Below are positions 33,895 through 41,860 of a DNA stretch of 44,793 nt, in pieces (the stretch's first letter is position 1; each line of letters starts with the position of its first letter). Source of the DNA: an uncultured Staphylococcaceae bacterium (GTDB lineage: Bacteria > Bacillota_I > Bacilli_A > ML615J-28 > CAG-313); contig CAYYTE010000001.1 in assembly GCA_964474685.1 (NCBI GenBank), forward strand, positions 40,599 to 85,391. The letters run 5' to 3'. The notes beneath the pieces are model-generated. The model had not been told where the DNA came from. It saw only the letters and a program-made list of their open reading frames with translations, and did no database searches. The translations under genes were made by a program, and so were the position numbers.

Positions 33895-35601
33895 ATGAAA
33901 AAAACAAGTAAGTATTTATTATTGATATTTGAGGTTTTTATAGTAGTTTTGTTATTTTCTTGTAAACAAGAAAGTAGATCCTATCAAATTACTTTTATTG
34001 ATGGCAATGACACTATAAAAATAGTTGATGTGAAAGAAAACTTAGGAGTTACTTCTTTTACTCCGGTAAAGGAAGGATATGAATTTTTGTTTTGGCAAGA
34101 TAGTGCAAGTGGCGAAGAGTTTGATTTTACAACGAAGATAACTAAGAATTACACTTTAATCGCTATATATCAAAAAGAAAATCCTTTAAAGAATACATAT
34201 ATTGTAAAGTATTGTTTAAGAGATGGGACATTTTTAAAAGAAGAGAATGTTAAAGAGGGAAGTTTTATTTCTACCTATATTCCTGTAAGAGAAGGCTATT
34301 CGTTTACTTTATGGAAAGATGATTCTTTAAAAGTATATACAAATAACACTCCAATTCTGGATAATGTTACGCTATTTGCTTATTGGGAAATGGATAAATC
34401 CACATTAAATAAATCAATTATGAATCAACTCCCGGGTGAGGTTAGTGATAATATTGAGTTTGCTCATTACTTTAGTGATTCGAGTGCTTTATTATCATAT
34501 GAGTCTGATAAGCCCAATACTATTAGTAATTCCGGATATGTGAATAGAGATTTAGTAGATGTAGAGGTTCATATTACCGTTACAATTACTACAGACATTG
34601 AGGTTTATACATTAGTTCTTACAACAATTGTTAAAAAGGTTACTTTAAAACCATTAAAAAAACCAATGGTAGTTGGATATGCTTTAGGAAGTTCGTTTGC
34701 GGGATTTAATGAGTCAAGTGTTCAAAATTTAGATTATGTGATTTTGGCATTTGGTAGTATTGTTTCAGGTGAATTATCCGTTAGTGGTATGGGATATTTA
34801 AGACCTATGATGAAGATTCGTAAATATGGAGTGCGTCTAGGTATCAGTATTGCGGATTTTACTTCAAATGGGTATCGTGATGTTATTAAAGATGCAGATT
34901 CTAGAAAAAAATTTGTAGATAGTATTGTAAAAGTTGTGGAAGAATATAAAATTGATGGTATTGATATAGACTGGGAATATCCTAGTTATTCGGATAGACC
35001 CAATTTCTTGATGCTTATGCAAGAACTTTACGCAAGGCTTAAAACAATGCGGAGTGATTTTTTAATTACAATGGCTTCTACTTCCAACTTAAATTCCTTT
35101 GATTATGCTTCTTTAAATCCTTATTGTGATTTCTTTAATTTAATGACCTATGACTATGCTACGGGTGCTTATGCATATCACAATTCAAATTTATTTCAAA
35201 GCGGAAGTGGCTATAGTTGTCAAAGCGCTATTGAAAGAGTGTTAACAGTTATTAGTGCGGATAAAGTGATGATTGGTTGCGCATTTTATGCTCGTTATGC
35301 ACCTTTTGTGTCTTCTGCTACTTTTGGGGCACGATTAACGAGACCTATGAACTTAACAGTTGGTTATGACTATATTAAATTAATTAAAACAAAAGGAGCT
35401 ATCGAATACTATGATAGTGCTGCAGTTGCAAACTATTGTATCTATGAGAATGCCTTTTATACATATGATTCACCAGTGAGTGTTAACGCTAAAGCAAAAT
35501 TTGCTAAAGATAATGGATTAAAAGGCGTTATGATATGGCAATTAGGAGATGAACCTACGGGTGAACTCCTCTCCTATATCCATGAAGGATTAACTAGTTA
35601 A
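33895..35601 (+). CDS. GH18 glycoside hydrolase lipoprotein (chitinase / endo-beta-N-acetylglucosaminidase-like) with two Listeria-Bacteroides repeat modules
   Basis: Lipobox LLFSC. There are two repeat modules (YQITFIDGND...GYEFLFWQD...LIAIYQ and YIVKYCLRDG...GYSFTLWKDD...LFAYWE). The catalytic GH18 motif is DGIDIDWEYP, and MTYDY and GVMIWQLGDE are also present. Confidence 0.75.
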   Translation: MKKTSKYLLLIFEVFIVVLLFSCKQESRSYQITFIDGNDTIKIVDVKENLGVTSFTPVKEGYEFLFWQDSASGEEFDFTTKITKNYTLIAIYQKENPLKNTYIVKYCLRDGTFLKEENVKEGSFISTYIPVREGYSFTLWKDDSLKVYTNNTPILDNVTLFAYWEMDKSTLNKSIMNQLPGEVSDNIEFAHYFSDSSALLSYESDKPNTISNSGYVNRDLVDVEVHITVTITTDIEVYTLVLTTIVKKVTLKPLKKPMVVGYALGSSFAGFNESSVQNLDYVILAFGSIVSGELSVSGMGYLRPMMKIRKYGVRLGISIADFTSNGYRDVIKDADSRKKFVDSIVKVVEEYKIDGIDIDWEYPSYSDRPNFLMLMQELYARLKTMRSDFLITMASTSNLNSFDYASLNPYCDFFNLMTYDYATGAYAYHNSNLFQSGSGYSCQSAIERVLTVISADKVMIGCAFYARYAPFVSSATFGARLTRPMNLTVGYDYIKLIKTKGAIEYYDSAAVANYCIYENAFYTYDSPVSVNAKAKFAKDNGLKGVMIWQLGDEPTGELLSYIHEGLTS

Positions 35602-35694
35602 GCTATTTTTTAATAAAATAGAATTGATATTTCATCTCTTTTCTCATATTTAAAGAAAACTAGTGAAACATCCCATTAAATATATAGAAACGTG

Positions 35695-35726
35695 AAAAAA
35701 GATTTAGAAAACTAAATCTTTTTTTT
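35695..35726 (+). terminator. Intrinsic terminator after the GH18 gene
   Basis: aaaagattta-gaaaac-taaatctttt followed by a further T run. Confidence 0.8.
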
Positions 35727-35753
35727 GACTAATTTATAAGTATTTGGTATAAT
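35725..35753 (+). promoter_or_regulatory. Putative sigma-A promoter of the DUF1538/PII/ABC-2 unit
   Basis: TTGACT (35725-35730), a 17-nt spacer, then an extended -10 TGgTATAAT (35745-35753). Confidence 0.55.
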
Positions 35754-35773
35754 AATTCAATAGAGGTGATGTT

Positions 35774-37327
35774 ATGAATAAGGCGATGTTAAAAAATATA
35801 AATAAGAAATTTATTGAGTCTTTAATTTCAATATTTCCTGTTTCTCTTATTGCCACAATCATTCTTATATTTTTAAAAGGTTCGTTTTATTTATATTTAG
35901 GATTCTTTGTGGGATTTATATTCTTAATAATTGGGATGACCTTTTTTAATTTAGGTGCCGATATGGCCATGATGGAAATTGGTACTCAAATGGGGAGCTA
36001 TGTTACTAAGAAAAAGAAAGCTTGGTTGCTCTATTTGTTTAGTTTTCTATTAGGTTTCATAATAACGATTGCGGAACCAGATTTAACAGTTTTTGCGGGG
36101 CAGTTAAAAGATTTATGTAATCCGTTTGTATTAGAGCTATTTGTCGCTATTGGTGTAGGATTATTTTTGTTTATTGCAATGTTTCGTATTTTACATCAGA
36201 TTCCGTTGAAGTATGTGTTTTTGGTTTCCTATGCAATTACCTTCATTATCGTTTATATTGCATCTACTAAAAATGGGTATTCTTCGATTGCTTTTGATGC
36301 GGGGGGAGTAACAACAGGCCCGATTACGGTTCCCTTTATTATGGCGTTAGGACTTGGAGTGTCTAGTGCTCGTTCAAGTGAAAAAGCGGAAGATGATTCG
36401 TTTGGTTTAATTGGTCTATGCTCGGTAGGACCGATATTAATGGTGTCAATTTTATCATTGTTTTTTAAAGGTACTGGAAGTTCTTCAAGTACAAGTAATA
36501 TAATTTCAACAACTCCTGAATTTATGGATAATTTATTTGAGGTTTTATTATTAAAAGTAAAAGATGTTGCTTTAGCACTCTTGCCCATATTAATTTTTAT
36601 GGTTATCTTTGTTTATTTCTTATTAAAGAGTACGAAGAAAAACCGCATTCGTATGTTCGTTGGAATTTTATACACTTATATTGGTTTGGTATTATTCCTT
36701 GCGGGGGCTGAAGTTGGATATTTACCGATTGGAAATTATATTGGAAAAACACTCGCAACGATTCACCCGAATCTTTTAATATTAATCGGTTGTGTTTTAG
36801 GATTCTTTGTTGTTATGGCAGAACCCGCTGTTCATGTGTTAAATAATCAAGTGGAAGAATTAACTTCGGGTGCTATTTCTAAAAAAGTGATGTTATTTTC
36901 TTTAGCGGTTGGAGTATCTCTAGCGATTGGTGTTGGGTTTGCCAGGATAATTTATGACTTTAACCTATTGTTAATTCTAGGAATTGGCTATGGAATTTGT
37001 TTTATTTTAAGTCTCTTTGTTCCTCAGATCTTTACATCAATTGCATTTGACTCTGGTGGCGTTGCTACTGGGCCTTTGACTACTACATTCTTACTGCCAA
37101 TGGCGTTAGGACTTTGTCTTAGTATCTATGATGATCAATCCCTGGTTTTTTCTAAAGGGTTTGGACTTGTTGCTTTAGTAGCACTAGCACCTATATTAAT
37201 CATTGAAATATTAGGATTCATTTTCCAAATTAGACAAAAACGTATGGTACAAAAAGAGAGTGTTGGCTTCTATGAAGACATCATTGAGTTTAATTTACCA
37301 ATAGATTTGAAAGGAGAGACAATATGA
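35774..37327 (+). CDS. Polytopic membrane protein made of two DUF1538-like halves (putative transporter)
   Basis: RBS gaggtga. It has about 10 or more TM helices. An internal duplication is evident from IAFDAGGVTTGPITVPFIMALGLG (nt 36287-36358) versus IAFDSGGVATGPLTTTFLLPMALGL (nt 37040-37114), and from ITIAEPDLTVF versus VVMAEPAVHVL. Confidence 0.65.
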   Translation: MNKAMLKNINKKFIESLISIFPVSLIATIILIFLKGSFYLYLGFFVGFIFLIIGMTFFNLGADMAMMEIGTQMGSYVTKKKKAWLLYLFSFLLGFIITIAEPDLTVFAGQLKDLCNPFVLELFVAIGVGLFLFIAMFRILHQIPLKYVFLVSYAITFIIVYIASTKNGYSSIAFDAGGVTTGPITVPFIMALGLGVSSARSSEKAEDDSFGLIGLCSVGPILMVSILSLFFKGTGSSSSTSNIISTTPEFMDNLFEVLLLKVKDVALALLPILIFMVIFVYFLLKSTKKNRIRMFVGILYTYIGLVLFLAGAEVGYLPIGNYIGKTLATIHPNLLILIGCVLGFFVVMAEPAVHVLNNQVEELTSGAISKKVMLFSLAVGVSLAIGVGFARIIYDFNLLLILGIGYGICFILSLFVPQIFTSIAFDSGGVATGPLTTTFLLPMALGLCLSIYDDQSLVFSKGFGLVALVALAPILIIEILGFIFQIRQKRMVQKESVGFYEDIIEFNLPIDLKGETI

Positions 37328-37680
37328 CAGAACTGAAAGGCTTATCTTTCTTACTAACAATCGTGGATCGAGGTATTGCGAAAGGTATTGTTAAAACTCT
37401 TAAAGAAATTGATTGTGCGTATAATCAAATTACTTATGGAAAGGGTACTGCTCCTGAAGAAATTTATGATTATTTAGGCTTTGGTAAGACAGAAAAAGAA
37501 GTAATTATAAGTGTTTGTGATAGTGCAAGGCGAGATGAGATATTTAATGTATTAAAAACAAAATATCATTTTGATGAACCTGGAAAAGGGATTTGTATTT
37601 CGATTCCTGTGGATAGTGTTGCGGGGGCAAGATGCTTAAAACAAATTGTAAATAATGAAGATTTAAAGGAGGCTGTATGA
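37324..37680 (+). CDS. PII-like (GlnB-fold) small regulatory protein, paralogue 1
   Basis: ATGA overlap with the membrane protein gene. The 118-aa protein shows a beta-alpha-beta-beta-alpha-beta pattern (LLTIVDRGIAKGIVKTLKEI..ITYGKGT..VIISVCDSARRDEIFNVLKTKY..GICISIPVDSV) but no canonical GlnB T-loop or B-loop signatures. Confidence 0.55.
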   Translation: MTELKGLSFLLTIVDRGIAKGIVKTLKEIDCAYNQITYGKGTAPEEIYDYLGFGKTEKEVIISVCDSARRDEIFNVLKTKYHFDEPGKGICISIPVDSVAGARCLKQIVNNEDLKEAV

Positions 37681-37979
37681 AACATTTAATTGTAACTATA
37701 TGCAATGATGGTGCTGCAGATGATGTTATGGAAGTTGCAAAGAAGATGGGTGCACAAGGTGGCACTATCTTAAAAGCTAGAGGAAGTGCTGGAAAAGATG
37801 ATGAAAAATTTGCGGGAATAACGATTCAACCTGGAAAAGAAGTAATTCTCATTATTGTAGATGAAATTAAAAAGAACCTTATAATGAAAGAAATTTCTGC
37901 TCAATTAGGAGTTGGAACAAAACAACATGCGATTACTTTTTCATTACCCGTTGATGCCGCATGTGGAGTTACGATATAA
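37677..37979 (+). CDS. PII-like (GlnB-fold) small regulatory protein, paralogue 2
   Basis: ATGA overlap with the previous gene, and RBS aaaggagg. The 100-aa protein reads HLIVTICNDGAADDVMEVAKKMGAQGGTILKARGSAG..EVILIIVDEIKKNLIMKEI..AITFSLPVDAACGV. Confidence 0.55.
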   Translation: MKHLIVTICNDGAADDVMEVAKKMGAQGGTILKARGSAGKDDEKFAGITIQPGKEVILIIVDEIKKNLIMKEISAQLGVGTKQHAITFSLPVDAACGVTI

Positions 37980-38000
37980 ATTTATAAAGGAGTAAAAAAA

Positions 38001-38795
38001 TTGGAAGATACGATTATTGTAAAAAATGTAACAAAAACATTTCATTTATCAAAAAAACAACAACTTTTAAATCATACAAAAAATTCATTAAAGATTGCGG
38101 TCAATGATTTATCATTTGTTGCTCACCCTCATGAAATTTTTGGTTTATTAGGACCCAATGGGGCGGGGAAAACAACTACGTTACGTTTGATTGCAACTTT
38201 ACTAAAACCTGATAAAGGGGAGATTTTAGTAGATGGAATAGGTTCTAATAATGCAATTGAATTAAAAAGACATTTAGGTTTTTTAACAAATGAATTAAAA
38301 CTAGAAGAGCAAATGACTCCAAATTATGCATTTGGATATTATGCAAGGTTTTTTGATATTGATGTGAATACAATGGAATCAAGAAGAAAAGAACTTTTTG
38401 ATTATTTCGGTATTAATGAATTCTCTGAATGTAAGATTGGGGAGTTATCTACTGGTATGAAACAAAAGGTTTCTATTGTTGTTAGTCTTGTAAATGATCC
38501 GGCGGTTATCGTTTTTGATGAACCTACGAATGGTCTTGATATTATTACCGCAAGACTCGTTACCGATTATTTAAAACAATTAAGAGAAAAAGGGAAAACA
38601 ATTGTGATTTCTACTCATATTACAAGTCTTGTAGAAAAGCTGTGTGATCGAGTGGGGATTATCATAAATGGAAAAATGTCCCTATGTGATAGTTTAAAGA
38701 ATGTGATGGCGTTGAAACCAGATAGTGATTTGGAAGATATATTCTTTGATATCTATAATAAGGAAGTAGGTGATGATAATGAAACACATGCTTAA
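38001..38795 (+). CDS. ABC transporter ATP-binding protein (ABC-2/NatA-like)
   Basis: TTG start 8 nt after aaaggag. It has GPNGAGKTTT, LSTGMKQKVSIV, VIVFDEPTNGLD and STHI. Confidence 0.8.
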   Translation: MEDTIIVKNVTKTFHLSKKQQLLNHTKNSLKIAVNDLSFVAHPHEIFGLLGPNGAGKTTTLRLIATLLKPDKGEILVDGIGSNNAIELKRHLGFLTNELKLEEQMTPNYAFGYYARFFDIDVNTMESRRKELFDYFGINEFSECKIGELSTGMKQKVSIVVSLVNDPAVIVFDEPTNGLDIITARLVTDYLKQLREKGKTIVISTHITSLVEKLCDRVGIIINGKMSLCDSLKNVMALKPDSDLEDIFFDIYNKEVGDDNETHA

Positions 38796-40053
38796 TATTA
38801 TTAATAAAGAATTAGGGAAAGTATTTAAAAATCCAAAGTTAGTTTTTTCAACTTTATTACTTCCGGGCATATTAATTTTTGCTATGTATAGTTTTATGGG
38901 GTCTTCGATTCGTGGCGAAGGAAATAAAATAAAAGATTACGAGTACAAACTAGTACAAGTAGGAGACTCTTCTTCGTTTACGAGTGTATTAGAGCAAGTT
39001 GGACAAACTGGGGATGCCTTAAAGATTGAAGTTATTCCTTTTGATACATTTGTAAAATCAACAGAATTTGATTCTTATTCCTTTGCAAGTGTGGAGGAAT
39101 GGTTAAAAGAAGTTAAAAATGATTCGAGTTTGTTAAAAACTTATATAAATAAAAATATAGAAGAAAAAAAGATTACAGGTGTAATCTATATAGATAAGAA
39201 ATTTGATGAAGCATTGCACCCATCATTGAATGTAGAACAATCGGTTGAAATCTCCATTTTAAAAACGAGTTCTAACCAATACTCTCAAGCATTAGCAAGT
39301 TATGTCAATACTATTCTTGATTCTGTTGGAAAGACTTACCAACAAATTACACCCATTTTCGCATTTGATACATTGGATTTAACACCTGCTGATTCACAGG
39401 CAAATTCAACTCTTGCGATGTTAATACCGATGCTTTTAATTACCTTTATATTTGCGGGGGCATTGTCGATTAGTTGTGATGCGATAGCGGGTGAAAAAGA
39501 AAGAGGAACTATTTCTACACTTTTGATGGCACCAATTAAAAAGGATGAGATTTTATTAGGTAAGATTATTTCAATGATTATTTTAACAATTGTATCATCG
39601 ATTGTATCTTTTTTAGGTATGGCCTTGTCTCTTATTAAAAATGGTGCTGTATTTGGATTATCCGATGGATTAAAACTTTCTTATGGTCCTTCTACTTACA
39701 TTGAATTATTTATGTTAATTCTCTTAGCTACATTATTTGCTGTTTCTTTATTCTTAATTGCATCAACAATAGCGAAAGATACAAGAGAGGCGAATATGTA
39801 TGCAATGCCTTTTTACATTGTTGCAATAATTTCAGGAGTGTTAGCAATGTTTAACTTTGATGTTCCACAATCAATTTTCCCATATTTCATTCCTGTATAT
39901 AATATTATACTGGGTATGAAGGGTGTATTGATGTGTAAACTTTCTCTTGTTAATTTCTTTGTGATTACATTATCTACGATAATCTATTTTGTGATTATAT
40001 TACAAATAGTTAAGAAGTTATTTCATAGTGAAAAGATTATGTTTGGAAAATAA
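38770..40053 (+). CDS. ABC-2 type transporter permease (NatB-like) with large extracytoplasmic loop
   Basis: It overlaps the ATPase gene. TM1 is followed by a ~170-aa loop and then five TM helices, the ABC-2 architecture. The start is ambiguous between the GTG at 38770 and the ATGs at 38773 and 38779. Confidence 0.7.
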   Translation: MMIMKHMLNIINKELGKVFKNPKLVFSTLLLPGILIFAMYSFMGSSIRGEGNKIKDYEYKLVQVGDSSSFTSVLEQVGQTGDALKIEVIPFDTFVKSTEFDSYSFASVEEWLKEVKNDSSLLKTYINKNIEEKKITGVIYIDKKFDEALHPSLNVEQSVEISILKTSSNQYSQALASYVNTILDSVGKTYQQITPIFAFDTLDLTPADSQANSTLAMLIPMLLITFIFAGALSISCDAIAGEKERGTISTLLMAPIKKDEILLGKIISMIILTIVSSIVSFLGMALSLIKNGAVFGLSDGLKLSYGPSTYIELFMLILLATLFAVSLFLIASTIAKDTREANMYAMPFYIVAIISGVLAMFNFDVPQSIFPYFIPVYNIILGMKGVLMCKLSLVNFFVITLSTIIYFVIILQIVKKLFHSEKIMFGK

Positions 40054-40086
40054 AAAGAGCAACCGATAATTCGGTTGCTTTTATAT
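40054..40086. terminator. Bidirectional intrinsic terminator (ABC-2 unit and convergent ispH)
   Basis: gcaaccga-taat-tcggttgc, flanked by an A run upstream and a T run downstream. Confidence 0.75.
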
Positions 40087-40178
40087 TTTGTTAAAATGTA
40101 TAAGTAAAGCCTTCTAAAATCGATTATTAGGCGATTACAAGCCGTTTGTTGTATTTTTCACATAAAAGTGAGTAAATA

Positions 40179-41030
40179 TTAGTGCGATATATATTTAGTG
40201 AGGTATTCATTCACACTTTTTACTAAGGATTGGGGTGTAGAGGTTGCGGAAGATATAAAACAGGTTGTAAATTTTGAAAAATCAATCAGTTGTAAATCAT
40301 CTAATTTTTCTATAAGAAAAGTATTGTTTGTTTTACTTTTACCTATAGCATATAGCATCATACAGTTGTTGCTTGTTTTATCCCCAAGAATTAGGAGAAT
40401 ATCATTTTTATTAATTTTTTCATTTTCTAGTATTTGTTGCCTTTTCGATGTTTCATTGCATACTTCATAAAAGTATTCAAGATGTTTAAATTGTGGTTTG
40501 TAGTGATTGTAAGCTTCATCATATTCTTTTTTGGTACAAGTGGTTTGTGATGCTAAAAATATCTTTTCTAATTCATTATTCTTTGGTGTGTTTGGTAATA
40601 AATAGGAGTTTTCATAGGAAAGTATAGTTTCTGTTTCCGGGTGGGTAGGTTTTCCAAGATATAAGAGGGTATATCCTTTTGTGATTTTTGCTTGTATTTT
40701 TCTTGCTTGATTTAAAACGATGGGACAAGTGACATTTAGAATTCTTAAACCTTTCGATTTAGCAATATTTATAACATTATCACTTACTCCATGAGCACTA
40801 ATAATCACAGTTCCTGATTGTACTTGTTCAATCATTTCAAGTCTTGTAGTTCCTTCAAGAAGAATAATACCCTTATTAAGGAGAATATCGTTAACGGTTT
40901 TATTATGAACGAGACTTCCTAACATATATATAGGTTTTGGGTACTTTGTTAAATCTAGGTTAAAAATATACTCATATGCTTTTTTAACACCTGTACAAAA
41001 GCCATTATTTCCTAAAATCTTTATATCCAT
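40179..41030 (-). CDS. ispH: 4-hydroxy-3-methylbut-2-enyl diphosphate reductase
   Basis: RBS aggagg. It has GFCTGVKKA, HNKTV, AHGVS, TCPIV, SQTT, CNETSKRQ and SNNC, which is the IspH/LytB motif order including the three cluster cysteines. Confidence 0.85.
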   Translation of the reverse strand: MDIKILGNNGFCTGVKKAYEYIFNLDLTKYPKPIYMLGSLVHNKTVNDILLNKGIILLEGTTRLEMIEQVQSGTVIISAHGVSDNVINIAKSKGLRILNVTCPIVLNQARKIQAKITKGYTLLYLGKPTHPETETILSYENSYLLPNTPKNNELEKIFLASQTTCTKKEYDEAYNHYKPQFKHLEYFYEVCNETSKRQQILENEKINKNDILLILGDKTSNNCMMLYAIGKSKTNNTFLIEKLDDLQLIDFSKFTTCFISSATSTPQSLVKSVNEYLTKYISH

Positions 41031-41205
41031 ATAATAACCTCCTTGATATATTTAATTCTTATAATAAGTATAATCGATTTCTATTTATTTTGCCAATCAT
41101 TTGCTAATTGAAGAAATAGTATGATTTATAATTATGTATGGTGAATTAATGGAAATTTCTTGTGTTTTTTGCTATACTATAGTAAATCAAAGGAGATAAT
41201 TTAAA

Positions 41206-41760
41206 ATGATATCTACAAATGAAATGAAAAATGGAATGGTTATTGAAATGGATAATGAACTTTTATTAGTTCTAGAGTTTCAACATGTCCTTCAAAATAA
41301 GGTTGCTTATATTCGGGTAAAGTTTAAAAATATGAGAACAGGTGCTTCCTACATCACTACAATGAACCCTGGAGTTAAAGTGAATAATGTGACGATAGAG
41401 CATATGACTATGCAATATTTATATTCAGATTCGACATTCTGCACTTTCATGAATACGGAAGATTATAGTCAAATTGAAATTCCCTGTGATAAGTTAAAAT
41501 GGGAATCACAATTTATGATTGAAGGTAGTATGGTGATAGTATCAACATATAATGGTGAGGTTTTAGGAGTTCAATTACCAGATAAAGTAGAACTTGAAGT
41601 AACTGAGGCGAGTGATGCGGTTGCGGGAAATACGGCTACTTCAGCAATGAAAGAGGTAGTTGTAGAAACTGGTTTAACAATAAAAGTTCCTATGTTTATT
41701 AAACAAGGTGAAACAATTCTTGTTGGTACATCGGATGGGGCATATAAAGGAAGAGCATAA
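41206..41760 (+). CDS. efp: Elongation factor P (atypical domain-I loop)
   Basis: RBS aaaggag. MISTNEMKNGMVIEMDNELLLVLEFQHV..., MQYLY, VELEVTEA, ETGLTIKVPMFIKQGETILV and the 184 aa length match EF-P. The loop normally reading KPGKG reads LQNK. Confidence 0.85.
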   Translation: MISTNEMKNGMVIEMDNELLLVLEFQHVLQNKVAYIRVKFKNMRTGASYITTMNPGVKVNNVTIEHMTMQYLYSDSTFCTFMNTEDYSQIEIPCDKLKWESQFMIEGSMVIVSTYNGEVLGVQLPDKVELEVTEASDAVAGNTATSAMKEVVVETGLTIKVPMFIKQGETILVGTSDGAYKGRA

Positions 41761-41767
41761 AGAATAA

Positions 41768-41794
41768 GATAACACATTTTGTGTTATTTTTTTG
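41768..41794 (+). terminator. Intrinsic terminator after efp
   Basis: ataacac-atttt-gtgttat followed by ttttttt. Confidence 0.8.
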
Positions 41795-41860
41795 TTGTAA
41801 AAGGTTTTCATAATTATTGTAAATATGATAGAATACTATTAGAAAGAAATGAGGTTGAAT

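Noticed and set aside
40087-40178. A mobile element or defence island signature anywhere in the window (transposase, integrase, restriction-modification, toxin-antitoxin, abortive infection)
   Set aside because: No ORF shows the corresponding motifs. Intergenic regions such as this one contain only terminators and promoter-like hexamers. The window reads as core metabolic and housekeeping genome with surface-protein accessory genes.
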